Under the pieces are notes generated by a model. That model was not told where the DNA came from and searched no databases. It worked only from the letters and a program-made list of their open reading frames with translations. From Octopus sinensis (Eukaryota), in NCBI RefSeq assembly GCF_006345805.1, contig NW_021835084.1, positions 1-44,848 on the forward strand: DNA of 44,848 nt. The letters run 5' to 3'. A program made the translations under genes and the position numbers. Positions 1 through 12,650 of this stretch are shown here, in pieces. The stretch's first letter is position 1, and each line of letters starts with the position of its first letter.

Positions 1-191
1 CAAATGATGCACACCGCTGGCTAAGCGAAGCAGGCCAACAGAAGAAAGAGTGAGAGAGAAAGTTGTGGCGAAAGAGTACAACAGGGATCGCCACCACCCC
101 CTACCGGAGCCTCATGGAGCTTTAGGTGTTTTCGCTCAATAAACACTCACAACGCCCGGTCTGGGAATCGAAACCGCGATCCTACAACCGC
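1..191 (-). mobile_element. Partial tRNA-derived SINE (family D), cut by the window edge
   Basis: Minus strand reads gcggttgtaggatcgcGGTTTCGATTCCCagaccgggcgttgtg; B-box-like motif followed by a SINE-like body. Confidence 0.6.
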
Positions 192-908
192 ACCAAACTT
201 GGGTCAGGCTGGTGCACAGAATATGAACCAAATAATTGTAAAAATTATAAGCAGAAAACAGAAATGGTATTCAAAATTTTTTACCACAACTATTTTTCTG
301 CTTTGTGTCTGGGGAGAGTCATTTTCTTTTTGTGCCTTATTATGTAACACACTGACTATTGAAAAGGTTGCAAGATGCAACGAAAATTTTAGGAAAATAA
401 AAATAAGGAAGAAGTGGAAATTTTACCGGTGAGTATATTAAATTACAAGGCACAAAAAGAAAATGACTCTCCCCAGACACAACAGAATATGCTTCAACAC
501 ACGAACTCACATAAAGAATCTTGCAAACCAAATTCAAAAACGAAATATTTTCTGCTTACTAATGTTTCTATGCTATTTCTTGCAATTTTCAAAATTAATT
601 GATAAAAAGGACGTGAATTTCAACAGAAATATGGCAACAAATGTGTCGATAGCAATAAGTTACATATTATATTGGATGAAGCTGATTGTGGTACCAGAGC
701 TCAGAAATATTGTCATGGTTTTGGCAAGACTCAAGAGGCTTCCCTACCTCACACTGTTAGTTTCCATTAGTACTGACAACTGCTTTACATTGTGTACTGG
801 GTGCATTTTATCAAGGCACACACACTGCAGAGGTTTCCTGGTCATCTGCAGGCCCTAGGAAGAGTTCTCGCCACTCTATATTGCCTTTGTTCATTCAATG
901 CAAATATG

Positions 909-1322
909 AGGTGCAGGAGTGGCTGTGTGGTAAGTAGCTAGTTTACCAGCCACATGGTTCTGAGTACAGTCCCATTGCATGGCACCTTGGGCAAATGTCT
1001 TCTACTATAGCCTCGGGCCAACCAAAGCCTTGTGAGTGGATTTGGAGATGGAAACTGAAAGAAGCTCGTTGCATATATGTATAAATATATATATATATGC
1101 GTGTGTGTGTCTGTGTGTCTGTGTTTGTCCTCCTAGCATTGCTTGACAACCGATGCTGGTGTGTTTATGTTCACGTTACTTAGCGGTTCGGCAAAAGAGA
1201 CCGATAGAATAAGTACTGGGCTTACAAAAGAATAAGTCCCGGGGTCGAGTTGCTCGATTAAAGGCGGTGCTCCAGCATGGCCGCAGTCAAATGACTGAAA
1301 CAAGTAAAAGAGAGTAAAAGAG
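909..1322 (+). mobile_element. Full-length SINE family A (tRNA head, TA/TG hinge, tail ending aaagagtaaaagag)
   Basis: Head ggtgcaggagtggctgtgtggtaag...gttctgagtacagtccc with A/B-box-like motifs; near-identical copies recur about 18 times in the window. Confidence 0.9.
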
Positions 1323-1469
1323 TATGAATGAGAGGACAAATATAAAAGGGAGGGATGAATGAGACAACGAAGGGAGAGAAAATATGCGTAGGAGTGTTTT
1401 GGGTCAGGAAAAAGATTGATCATGACAAGGGAGTAATGGTAGAGAAACAATGATAGCTACAAGCTCTTA

Positions 1470-1597
1470 GTAACAGATCTTTGTATGTATACAAAATTGT
1501 ACATTATGTTTGAATACGTAAATGTGTGTGTATAAAGTGATACATATGCATGAGTGTAAAATGACATAAATGTATTTATACACACACACACATAAGC

Positions 1598-1628
<31 letters not shown>

Positions 1629-1897
1629 TATATACACACACTGATATATATATGCATATAGTAATAAACATTAATGTGCATAGATGTTTGTGTCATGGTA
1701 TAAGATTTATATTAATATATATACATACACACACACAAATGCATATTCATACATAAACATGTAAACACACATATATATATATATATATGTGTGTATGCAC
1801 ACATATGTGGATATGCACACACACACACACACTACACTATATACATACATATACACACTACACATTCACACACACACAAACATATATATGTGTGCAT

Positions 1898-1944
<47 letters not shown>

Positions 1945-1987
1945 CTTGTACATAAGTATGTATGTACAAATATAAATATATATTTAG

Positions 1988-2020
<33 letters not shown>

Positions 2021-2625
2021 AGTATATATATGTGTATGTATATATATATGTATATATATGTGTATATATATACATTTACATAGATATATATACATATACA
2101 TATATAGATATATACATATATATACACACACATATATATGTGTATATATATACGTATATACATATATATAAGTATATATATATACGTGTGCATGTACTTT
2201 CATATCTATTTATGACTCAACATGTGTGTTGTGTTGTCTATCTGTGTGTGTGTGTGTGTTTAGTGCATATCGGATTCTTTCCACCACATCAATAACTGTC
2301 AATGCTACATATGCAGGCATGAGAGATCGGATGCGTCTCCTTCCCTTCGCATTGTCCCCACACCCACTTCAGACCCCCACCACCAACACCACCACCACCA
2401 CCATATTGTACACAACATTATTGTTTAGTACCCTAATGCAATCATCACCATCATCACCAGCACCATCATCATCATCATCATCATCATCACCATCATTATC
2501 ATCATCATCACCATTATCATCATCATCATCATCACCATCACCAGCACTATTCATCATCATCATCATCATCATCACCACCACCACCACCACCACCACCACC
2601 ACCACCACCACCACCACCACCCACC

Positions 2626-2663
<38 letters not shown>

Positions 2664-2945
2664 GCACCACCACCACCACCACCACCATCATCATCATCAC
2701 CATCACCACCACTATCAACATTATAACCACTACCATAATCATCGCTGCTACCCCACCACCCATTCACCTGATGCCATTATCGTCACTACCACTACTGCTG
2801 CGGCCACCACAGCCACCGCTTCCATCAACACCACAGCATAGCCACTGCCAACGCAAAAACCAGCATCTCTGACATCACCATGACTACAACCATGACCATC
2901 ACAACTGCCACCACCACCACCACCACCGCCAACATCATCCGACCA
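1470..2945. repeat. TA/CA/TG mosaic followed by a (CAT)/(CAC) triplet tract
   Basis: Directly visible; source of the IY-, HT- and poly-S/T/D ORFs. Confidence 0.95.
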
Positions 2946-3419
2946 TAACGTCATATTCAGCTTCTAGCAATGACATCCTGCATATTTACCTATAAAGCAT
3001 CGGATTCTATAAGGGTTTACTTGGTCAGGGTTATTAGTAATGGACAAAAGCAAAATGATAAAAATGGAAGAAAAAGAGTGAAAGAGAGAGAGAAAAAGAA
3101 AGAGGGAGAGAGAGATGCATGCATACAGATGTACATCTATATGTGTATATAAACAAAAAGAATGGAAGGAGTATTTTTTTCTTTTACATCCATTTACAAT
3201 TGTTTCATCAACATTCAATCCCATGAATATTGCTATATTATGATGTTATAATGTATGCAGCTATTGATTTTTTTATATATCATTGTAAAGATATATACTG
3301 AATCAGGCCCAAAATTTTGATGTGTCTGGTTCCATACGTGTCATTACAATAAGTAATTGCGTATATTATTACATAAAATAGCAATATTCATGAGACCAAA
3401 TTCTGATGAAACGATTTTT

Positions 3420-3798
3420 ATTCTTTTGTTCTTTTATTTGTTTCAGTCATTTGACTGCGGCCATGCTGGAGCACTGCTTTAGTCAATCAAATCAACCCCA
3501 GGACTTTGTAAGCCTAGTACTTATTCTATCAGTCTCTTTTTGCCAAAATGCTAAGTTATAGGGACATAGACACACCACCATCGGTTGTCAAACAATATTG
3601 GGGGGATAAACACACACACACATATATATATATACGATGGGCGTCTTTCAGTTTCCATTTACCAAATCCACTCACAAGGCTTTAGTCAGCCCGAGGCTAT
3701 AGTAGAAGACACTTGGCCAAGGTGTCATGCAGTGAGATTGAACCCAGAACCATGTGGCTGGTAAGCAAGCTCCTTACCACACAGCCACTCCTGAACCT
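3420..3798 (-). mobile_element. SINE family A, near full length
   Basis: Reverse complement of 909-1322. Confidence 0.9.
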
Positions 3799-3882
3799 AT
3801 AAATTGATGCAATAAAAGGACTTGCTTATTGCATTTTGCTCGTCTATAACTAAAAATTCTATGGACATTTGTTGATTTACAG

Positions 3883-3960
3883 ACATGTGTTGGAGAAAAC
3901 AAACAATCTCATGATTTCTGTCTTGTCTGATAGCCCGCACCTGTGGATGAGCTCAAAATG
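3883..3960 (+). other. Candidate internal exon (78 nt; alternative donor after 3972)
   Basis: ttgttgatttacag|ACATG...AAATG|gtaatc in non-repetitive-looking DNA; one open frame HVLEKTNNLMISVLSDSPHLWMSSK; no homology recognised. Confidence 0.25.
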
Positions 3961-4276
3961 GTAATCTCCAAGGTAAAATCCAACTGAAATCAATATTATT
4001 ATACATATATATATATACACATATACCCTCGAAGCATAAACACATAGAAAAACTCTAAGAATAGAATAAAAACATGAGCTACACGTACTTTGAAATTATA
4101 ACATTATTTTAACACGTGTGTGTGTGTGGTGTGTGTGTGCGTGTGTGTGTATGTGTGTGCGTGTGTGCATGTGTGTGTGTATCTATATATATAACTGTAT
4201 TTATATGAAGTTGGCAGTCTTTGGTATTTAAGTTTGCTGATAAGTACAGAAACTCAACTTGGATAACTCGACTTAA

Positions 4277-4995
4277 CTCATTCATTATTAACACGGCTGA
4301 AACCGGTTTTGGCTCTGAGTACAAGTATCTTGTTTCCATAAGTTCTGAATTAAAATCTTCCACCAAATCTTAGTCACAATTTATGTTCCTAACACCAGCT
4401 TACTAAGCTATTTTACTAAATTCTTTGTTATATTTAAAATTAATTGAAAGAAACACAGAGTATCTCAACAGAAATATGGTAAGAAAAGGGTTAAAATATA
4501 TAATAGAGAAACAATTCTTAACCCTTTTGATACAAACCTAGCTGAAACTGCCTCTGGCTCTGTAGTACAAATATCTTGTTTACATAAGTTTTGAATTAAA
4601 ATCTTTCACCAAACCTTAGTCACAATTTAAGTTCCTAACACTAGCTTAATGGTAACTAAGTTATTTTACTAAATTCTTTGTTATATTTAAAATTAATGGA
4701 AAGAAACACAGAGCATCTCAATAGAAATATGGTAAGAAAAGGGTTAAAATATATAATAGAGAAACAATTCTTAACCCTTTTGATACAAACCTAGCTGAAA
4801 CTGCCTCTGGCTCCGAGTACAAATGTCTTGTTTTCATAAGTTTTGAATTAAAATCTTCCACCAAACCTTAGTCACAATTTAAGTTCCTAACACTAGCTGA
4901 ATGATAACTAAGTTATTTTACTAAATTCTTTGTTATATTTAAAATTAATTGAAAGAAACGCAGAGCATCTCAACAGAAATACAGTAACAAAAGGG
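4277..4995. mobile_element. Three tandem TTAA-flanked piggyBac-type MITEs (4277-4490, 4522-4743, 4775-4995)
   Basis: ttaa-CCCTTTT...AAAAGGG-ttaa ends (the left end of copy 1 is degenerate); shared ~220 bp body; identical 23-bp spacers at 4495-4517 and 4748-4770. Confidence 0.8.
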
Positions 4996-5551
4996 TTAAC
5001 CAAACAAAAATACAAATGGTCAAAAAGTCAAACGTAATCATTTCACGTTTCTCTTTTTAATTGCTTAATAACCTAATTTGTTAAGTTATGACACTTGCAT
5101 CATAAAAACAAAAATATAGAAACTATTTCCTATGAAAAAAATACAGTTGAAAGTAATTGCAAATTTTAATATTAATACATAGAACGAGAGAGATATCTAC
5201 ATATATGAGTTTTCAATTTACAATTACTTTCAGACATATGTAATTTTTTTATATATATAAGAAAAGTTTTCTTATAATCTAAGCATAATAACTTCAGAAA
5301 ATTAGGCTGTTTAGTAATTAAAGAAAGGAAATTTGTAAAAATGACATTTAATACATTTTTCATAATCATTTTGATTTCTAAGAACAACCAAGTCTGTTTC
5401 TGTATTTCCAGTATCATTCTCCTGTCATTATTAATTCTGTGCTTATTTATCAATAAAGCGTTTTGTTTTCTTCTTTGCTACTAACTCAATAGTTAGGTAA
5501 ATATTGGGGGACAATTACACACACACACACACACATATATACATACATATA

Positions 5552-5717
5552 TTCGACAGGCTTCTTTCAGTTTCCGTCTACCAAATCCACTCACAAGGCT
5601 TTGGTCGGCCCGAGGCTATCACAGAAGACACTTGCCCAAGGTGCCACGCAGTGGGACTGAACCCGGAACCATGTGATTGGTAAGCAAGCTACTTACCACG
5701 AAGCCACTCCTACGCCT
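5552..5717 (-). mobile_element. SINE family A, head only
   Basis: Reverse complement of the family A head up to the TA hinge. Confidence 0.85.
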
Positions 5718-5776
5718 TTATTGGTAAATATTAAATGGTGTTGTTGAATCTTGTGGGTTATTTTTTTTTCCCACAG

Positions 5777-5857
5777 GTTAGACATTCGGTGGTATTTCTG
5801 CAATTCGGCTGAAATCATGGCTACACACATATGACCGTGTACAACTGATAACACAAG
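5777..5857 (+). other. Candidate 81-nt exon, possibly non-coding/UTR or stop-containing
   Basis: Strong acceptor tttttttttcccacag|G and donor AAG|gtaagt; all three frames from 5777 contain a stop. Confidence 0.45.
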
Positions 5858-6100
5858 GTAAGTAATTGATTTAATTTATTATTGTTTTTATTTAAGTATT
5901 TCAATTCCTGCCTAAGTCAACTTTGCCTTTCATCCTTTTGGGGATTGATTAATTAAGTACCAGTTAAGCACTGGAGTTGATGTAATCAATTAGCTCCCTC
6001 TCCCAAGATCTCAGGCCTTGCACCTATAGAACAATGAATTATTATTATTATCATTATTAATATTATTATTATTATTGTTATTATTATTATTATTATTATT

Positions 6101-6518
6101 AGGTGCAGGAGTGGCTGTGTGGTAAGTAGCTTGCTTACCAACCACATGGTTCCGGGTTCAGTCCTACTGCATGGCATCTTGGGCAAGTGTCTTGTGCTAT
6201 AGACCCGGGCCGACCAATGCCTAGTGAGTTGATTTGGCAGACGGAAACTGAAAGAAGCCTGTCATATATATGTTTATATATATATATATGTATGTGTGTG
6301 TATATGTTTGTGTCTGTGTTTATCTCCCTAGCATTGCTTGACAACCGATGCTGGTGTGTTTACGTCCCCTTCACTTAGCAGTTCGGCAAAAGAGACCGAT
6401 AGAATAAGTACTGGGCTTACAAAGAATAAGTCTTGGGGTCGATTTGCTCGACTAAAAGCGGTGCTCCAGCATGGCCGCAGTCAAATGACTGAAACAAGTA
6501 AAAGAGAAAGAGAAAGAG
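6101..6518 (+). mobile_element. Full-length SINE family A
   Basis: Matches 909-1322. Confidence 0.9.
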
Positions 6519-6537
6519 ATTATTATTACTATTATTA

Positions 6538-7378
6538 TTGAGTGAGAGAGCAGTGCATGCCATCAAAGTGATACTGGGGTAAAATATAAAAAAGCCCAGT
6601 ATACCCATCATGACTACACATCTGATAAAGGTACACTAGGCACATGCATCACAACCATATGTGCGCAACATTGTGATCTCATATCAAGGTTAACAGTACA
6701 TGACCTTGCAGGTGGGGCCCAGTTAGAATTTTCTTGTGTTCGAGTAACCCATCCCGCTCAAAAGGTCCCTGAATAAGGGTTGTTTAAGGATGTTGAACCA
6801 AACACCCATGTTTCCAGAGGTGAATTATTCAAACCCCAAAGAATCCCTCTCAACACATGGCTATGATGCTCCCCCACTACTTCCCAGACCCCGCTCGAAC
6901 CGTCCAACCTGTGCTAGCGTGGAGAACGGACGTTAAACTATGATGATGATGATGATGGCTAGCACTATGACGCGGCAACGACGGGTCTTTAATGCTAGTT
7001 ATTAATATTATTATTATCATTATTATTATTATTATTAGGTGATAAAGCAGCACACATCATCAAAGTGACAACATATGACGCTTAATATATCCATCATGAT
7101 GACCCACCTGATAAGGGTACACCAAAGCTCTTTATGGAAGACCAGCAGTCACCCATGTATACCATCCACCCCTCTTCACACCACCAATGTTATCCAAGGG
7201 AAAGCCAAAGGCCAATACAGTTTCGCACCAGTGACATCACAACTCACTTTCACGGCTGAGTGAACTGGAACAACTAAAATAAAGTGTCTTGCTCAGGAAC
7301 ACAACACACTGCCTGCTCAGGGAATGGAACTCACTTCCTCAGGATTGTGAGCCCAACGCTCTAACCACTGAACCATGT
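6538..7378 (-). mobile_element. Old SINE-like repeats; tRNA-derived head at about 7260-7378
   Basis: Minus strand reads acatggttcagtggttagagcgttgggctcacaatcc...ttgtgttcctgagcaagacact, sharing a core with the 20.5-21.0 kb SINEs; a family C tail lies at 6885-6957 (+). Confidence 0.5.
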
Positions 7379-7581
7379 ATGTTCACCAAAGGATTAACAG
7401 AGATGGTAGGCCAATTACATCAACTGGTACTTAATTTGTCAACCCTCAAAAAGATGAAATGTAAAGTCATCTTCGGTGTAATTTGAACCCAGAATGTAGA
7501 GAGCTGGAAGAACTGTTGCTAAGCATTTTGTCTGAATCATTAATCATAATTGAAATAATAATAATTTTGGCACAAGACTAG

Positions 7582-7975
7582 GCGCAGGAGTGGCTGTGTG
7601 GTAAGTAGCTTGCTTAACAACCACATGGTTCTGGGTTCAGTCCCACTGCGTGGCACCTTGGGCAAGTGTCTTCTTTATAGCTCTGGGCCGACCAATGCCT
7701 TGTGAGTGGATTTGGTAGACAGAAACTGAAAGAAGCCTGTCGTATATATGTATATATACATGTATGTGTGTGTGTATGTTTGTGTTTGTCCCCTAGCATT
7801 GCTACAACTGATGCTGGTGTGTTTACACCCCGTCACTTACGGTTCGGCAAAAGAGACCGAGAATAAGTTACTGGCTTACAAGAATAAGTCCCGGGGTCGA
7901 TTTGCTCGACTAAAAAGGCGGTGCTCCAGCATGGCCGCAGTCAAATGACTGAAACAGGTAAAAGAGCAAAAGAGT
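7582..7975 (+). mobile_element. SINE family A inserted into a family B-type element
   Basis: 8-bp TSD aagactag at 7574-7581 and 7976-7983. Confidence 0.9.
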
Positions 7976-7983
7976 AAGACTAG

Positions 7984-8331
7984 CAATTTTGGGGGTCAGG
8001 GTTAAGTCAGTTACAATGACCCCAGTGTTCAGTTGGTATTTATTTTATTAACCCCAAAAGGATGAAAGGCAAAGTTAACCTTGGCGAAATTTGAACTCAG
8101 AGAGTAAGGAGAGACAAAATGCCATTAAGCATATTAACCCCTAGCATTGCTTGACAACCGATGCTGGGGTGTTTACGTCCCCGTCACTTAGCGGTTCGGC
8201 AAAAGAGACCGATTGAATAAGTACTGGGCTTACAAAAAAGAATAAGTCCCGGGGTCGATTTGCTCGACTAAAGGCGGTGCTCCAGCATGGCCGCTGTCAA
8301 ATGACTGAAACAAGTAAAAGAGTAAAGAGAA

Positions 8332-8372
<41 letters not shown>

Positions 8373-8590
8373 TCAGTTTTAAATTTTGGCACAATGCCAG
8401 CAATTTCGAGAGTGGTGGGGTTAAGTTAATGAAATCGACCCCAATGCACAACTGGTACTTATTTTATTGACCCCCCCCCAAAAGAATTAAAGGTAAAGTC
8501 GATCTTAGCAGAATTTGAACTCAGAACATAGTGACAGATGAAGTGCTGCTAAGCATTTAGCCCAGTGTGTTAACGATTTAGTCAGTTCAC
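7984..8590. mobile_element. Cluster: family B (-, 7984-8135), family A 3' half (+, 8138-8330), family B (-, 8365-8590)
   Basis: Direct similarity to the intact copies elsewhere in the window. Confidence 0.75.
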
Positions 8591-9356
8591 CAAATAATAA
8601 TTGCCGGTTCTGATAATCAGACGAAGTTTATGGTGTCAAAAGAGGTTAAAACTAGGTTTGTTATTGACTGCTGAGACGAAAATAAAAAACGGGGGATGAA
8701 GACCTTGATGGCAGACTGGCTGGAAGTTTGGCTAGCCTAGAACCAGATGGAGAGGAATATTGAGGAGTGGCAACACTTGTATGACATAATGGAGATGAGG
8801 AGGAGGAGGAAATGGGGGTGAAAGGTAAGTTGTGTAGCAAACGGCGTGGGGGGAAGAAAAGGTGGGGGGGAGGAAAAGGAGGAGTTGTAGAAAAGTGTTA
8901 ATGTGTTTGCTTTGTGTCAAATAAACATGAAGGTTAGTCGTTTTTTTTTCCTTTTGTTTTTGTTTTTCTTTTATGGTTCTTTATTTTTGTTCTCCTCCCC
9001 GCAAAAAAAACAAGATCAGCATTCTAAGACTCCCGTCATTCATCTCATTCACCTGCCATGGCCACCACCGCTGCCACCTTCACATACGATACGAGGATCA
9101 ATTAATGTACATTACCAGAATCCTTCCCCCATAATTAGAGAGTGTTACCGAAAATTACGAACGAACAAATTGCCAAAATTATAGAGAAAAAGAAAGAAAA
9201 TGAATGAAAAGGAATAGATAAAAAGGAAATAAATAAACTAACAGGCAAAAAAAAATAAAATAAAATAAAATAAAAGCATTAAAAATGTGCAAAGTAAAAT
9301 TTAAAAAATTTAGATATGGAAATTAAAAATAAAGAAAATGCTCAAAACAAACAAAA

Positions 9357-9633
9357 TAATAATAATAATAATAATAACAATAATAATAATAATAATTATA
9401 TAATATAATAATGATAATAATAATAATAATATTAATAAATAATAATAATAATAATAATGATAATAATAATAATGATGATGATGATGATGATGATGATAAT
9501 AATAATAATAAAGATGATGATGTTAAAGTTAATAATAATAATCATCATCGGAAGCAACGGAAGAATTAAGATAATAATAATAATATTAACGATAATAGTA
9601 ATGATAAAAATAATAATAGCAATGATGAAAATG

Positions 9634-9682
<49 letters not shown>

Positions 9683-9719
9683 TGATGATGATGATAATAA
9701 TAATAATAATTAATTCTTT

Positions 9720-9767
<48 letters not shown>

Positions 9768-10320
9768 GATAACGATAATAATGATGAGAAGAATAATGAT
9801 AATAACGAATATTAGAAATAGCAGCTGTAACGACGATGATAGCAATAGCAATATTAATAATAACAACAACATAATAATACTGTAATAATAACCATTGAAA
9901 GAACAACAAGGATACTACTACTACTACTACTTTTAATACTACTACTACTAATAATAATAATAATAATAATGAGCTTCAACAATGATAACAATTATAATGG
10001 TTTCTAACTTTGGCACAGGGCTTCAAATTTTAAAGGCGGGGAAGAGATGCAGGCGATTTAATTGACCCATGAAGAAGAAGAAGAAGGAGAAGAAGAAGAA
10101 GAAGAAGAAGAAGAAGAAGAAGAAGAAGAAGAAGACGAAGAAGGAGGAGGAGGAGAAGGAGAAGAATAAGAGGAAGAAGAAGACGATGAAGAAGGAGGAG
10201 GAGAAGGAGAAGAAGAAGAAGAAGAAGAAGACGACGACAACGAAGAAGAAGGAGGAGGAGGAGAAGGAGAAGAAGAGGAAGAAGAAGAAGAAAGAAGGAG
10301 AGGAAGAAGAAGAAGCAGAA
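9357..10320. repeat. (AAT)/(GAT) tract followed by a nearly pure-purine (GAA)/(GAG) tract at 10068-10320
   Basis: Directly visible. Confidence 0.95.
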
Positions 10321-11018
10321 TTTTTTTTTAAATTAAAACAAAAATGAGGAAAACATGGTAAATTATGTAAATAAATAGAGAAAAACAGGAGAAATAGATA
10401 AAAGGGGAAATAAATTTTTTTTTAATGATTTTTTTATTTTTGGCTGTTTTGTTTTTTGTTTTTTGTTTGTTTTTTTTAATCTTTTTGTGTCAGATCAGAT
10501 ATTGGTGGTCTGACAATAAAAAAAAAATAATAAAAAAACTAAATTTATGAAAAATATATATATATGAAAAACAGACTTTTAATTTCTATAATTATAAATT
10601 TAAACAACCAGCCAGCTAGACAGGCAGACAGACAGAGACAACCAGCCAGACAGCCAACCGGCAGACTGACCGGCCAACCAGCCAACCTGTGAGGAGGAGG
10701 GGAGGAAGAAGGAAAGCCATGACAACTAAAAAAAATAAATAAATAAAACAACATACCAATCAAAGATAAGAGAAATGAGGGGAGGGGCAAAAAAACAAAC
10801 AAAATGAAGATAAATGAAAGAAAGAAAGTATATTGACAAAAAGGAAAAAAAAACACAAGAGTAAGAAGAAAAATGGGAAAAAAATACAAATGTTAAAGTA
10901 TTTGAATGAAAGGAAAACCGTTGGATGTGAAGGAGAAAAAAAAGAAAGAAAAAGTGATTCTGAAGTCTATATTTTGAGATAAACACTTGATGAAGTATTC
11001 AATTCGCATTTTATACTA

Positions 11019-11059
<41 letters not shown>

Positions 11060-11060
<1 letters not shown>

Positions 11061-11640
11061 CTGTCATCACCTTCATCACCATCTTTATCGTCAACTTTAT
11101 TATCATTAACTTCATCATCATCTTTATCATCATTGACTTCATCATCATCATCATCATCATCATCTCATCATCACTCTCCTCCTCATCAACATCATCATCG
11201 TCTTCATCATCACTCTCATCATCATCATCTTCTTCGCTATCATCATTTTCATTGCTATCATCTTCCTTATCATCATCTTTATCATCATCATCATCACTCT
11301 CCCCATCATCATCATCATCTTCTTCGCTACCATCATTTTCATCGCCATCATCTTCCTTATCATCATCTTTATCATCATCATCATTATCACTCTCCTCATC
11401 ATCACTCTCCTCCTCATCATCATCATCTTCTTCGCTATCATCATTTTCATTGCTATCATCTTCCTTATCATCATCTTTATCATCATCATCATCACTCTCC
11501 TCATCAACATCATCATCTTCTTCGCTACCATCATTTTCATCGCCATCATCTTCCTTATCATCATCTCCATTGTCATCATCATCAATTTCCTCATCATCAA
11601 TTTCCTCATTCCTATCGTCTTCATTATCACATTATGCCAA
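11060..11640. repeat. CAT-derived higher-order repeat, 198-bp period
   Basis: gctatc-type marker at 11236 and 11434; gctacc-type marker at 11326 and 11524. Confidence 0.85.
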
Positions 11641-11659
11641 ATATATCGTTATCATCTAA

Positions 11660-12165
11660 TAACATCCATTTTCTGGATGCTGGAATGGGTTGGACAGTTT
11701 GACCAGAACTGGTAAGCAGGAGAGCTGCACCAGATTCCGGTCTGATTCGCCCTCGTCTCTATGGCCGGATGCCCTTCCTCAGCCCAACGATGTCAGAGAG
11801 TGTGCTGGGTGTTTTCCACAAGGGACTAGCACATATTCTTTCACACGGAGCTGGCACAGGTGCTATTATGTGGTGCCAGAATGGATGCTTCTTATGTGGC
11901 ACCAACACAAGTGCTTCTGACATGGTGCTGAGACAGAACTCTTGCAGGCTGATCTTCTACAGCAGGGGGAGCAGCAGTAACCATTCTGCAAATAATGTAT
12001 CTCCTTGAGTACAGCAAAGCCCCAGATATCTTGGTGTTTTGTCAACTCTTCCATAACGTTCAGTATCCAAAGATCATTCTTCAGGACTTCATTCCATGAT
12101 TTCCTAGGGTCTCCCTCTGCTACAAGTTCCATCCACTTTGTGTGATCAGCACTCCTTTATGGAGC
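11660..12165 (-). mobile_element. Degenerate RTE LINE 3' end: ORF2 C-terminus followed by family C 3' UTR
   Basis: Minus translation GDPRKSWNEVLKNDLWILNVMEELTKHQDIWGFAVLKE resembles RTE ORF2 ends (GRPRKTW...DL); it continues into family C sequence. Confidence 0.65.
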
Positions 12166-12177
12166 TGTCTACACACA

Positions 12178-12650
12178 TCATCATCATTGTTCGACAGTGG
12201 TCGAGACAACGGAATTTACCATGCTACGCCAGACTTCACGGTCCATCATGGCATTACGGAGGTCCTGTTGCTGGATGCCTGTATCCATGGAGATTACATC
12301 AGGGTAGGAGAGTGTGCAACCTCTGGTATTGCGAGTAGATGGCTTCCAGAGGAGAAGAGTAGAAATTGCCTCGTTTTCAGCTCTACGACAATGTCCAGCA
12401 AACTGAACTCTCCTGCCTTTCACAAGAGATGACACAGGTGGTAGTTTCCCATGCATTTGTACTTTGGTTGGATGGTGCTTCCACGAGAGAGCTCTCATAA
12501 GGAGGCGAGTGTAGGTTCCATCGAACCGCCTCTCAAGCTTCTTTGATAACGTCCAGGTTTCTGAGCCATATAGTAGAATTGGTTCGACTGTGGCTTTGAA
12601 GATTTCAAGTTTGAAGTCTCTACTTAGATTTGATGACCAGATCTTATGCA
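12178..12650 (-). mobile_element. 5'-truncated RTE-clade LINE with TSD, encoding the ORF2 C-terminus
   Basis: KIWSSNLSRDFKLEIFKATVEPILLYGSETWTLSKKLERRFDGTYTRLL...RVQFAGHCRRA...; stop at 12184-12186 in a (TGA)n tail; 12-bp TSD tgtctacacaca at 12166-12177 and 12651-12662. Confidence 0.9.

Noticed and set aside
606-770. Plus frame containing LHIILDEADCGTRAQ, resembling a Walker B motif
   Set aside because: Short, bounded by stops, no convincing donor; the rest does not resemble an AAA+ or helicase protein.
8690-8830. Donor AAG|gtaagt at 8824/8825 with acidic upstream codons
   Set aside because: No acceptor found and stops in the candidate frames.
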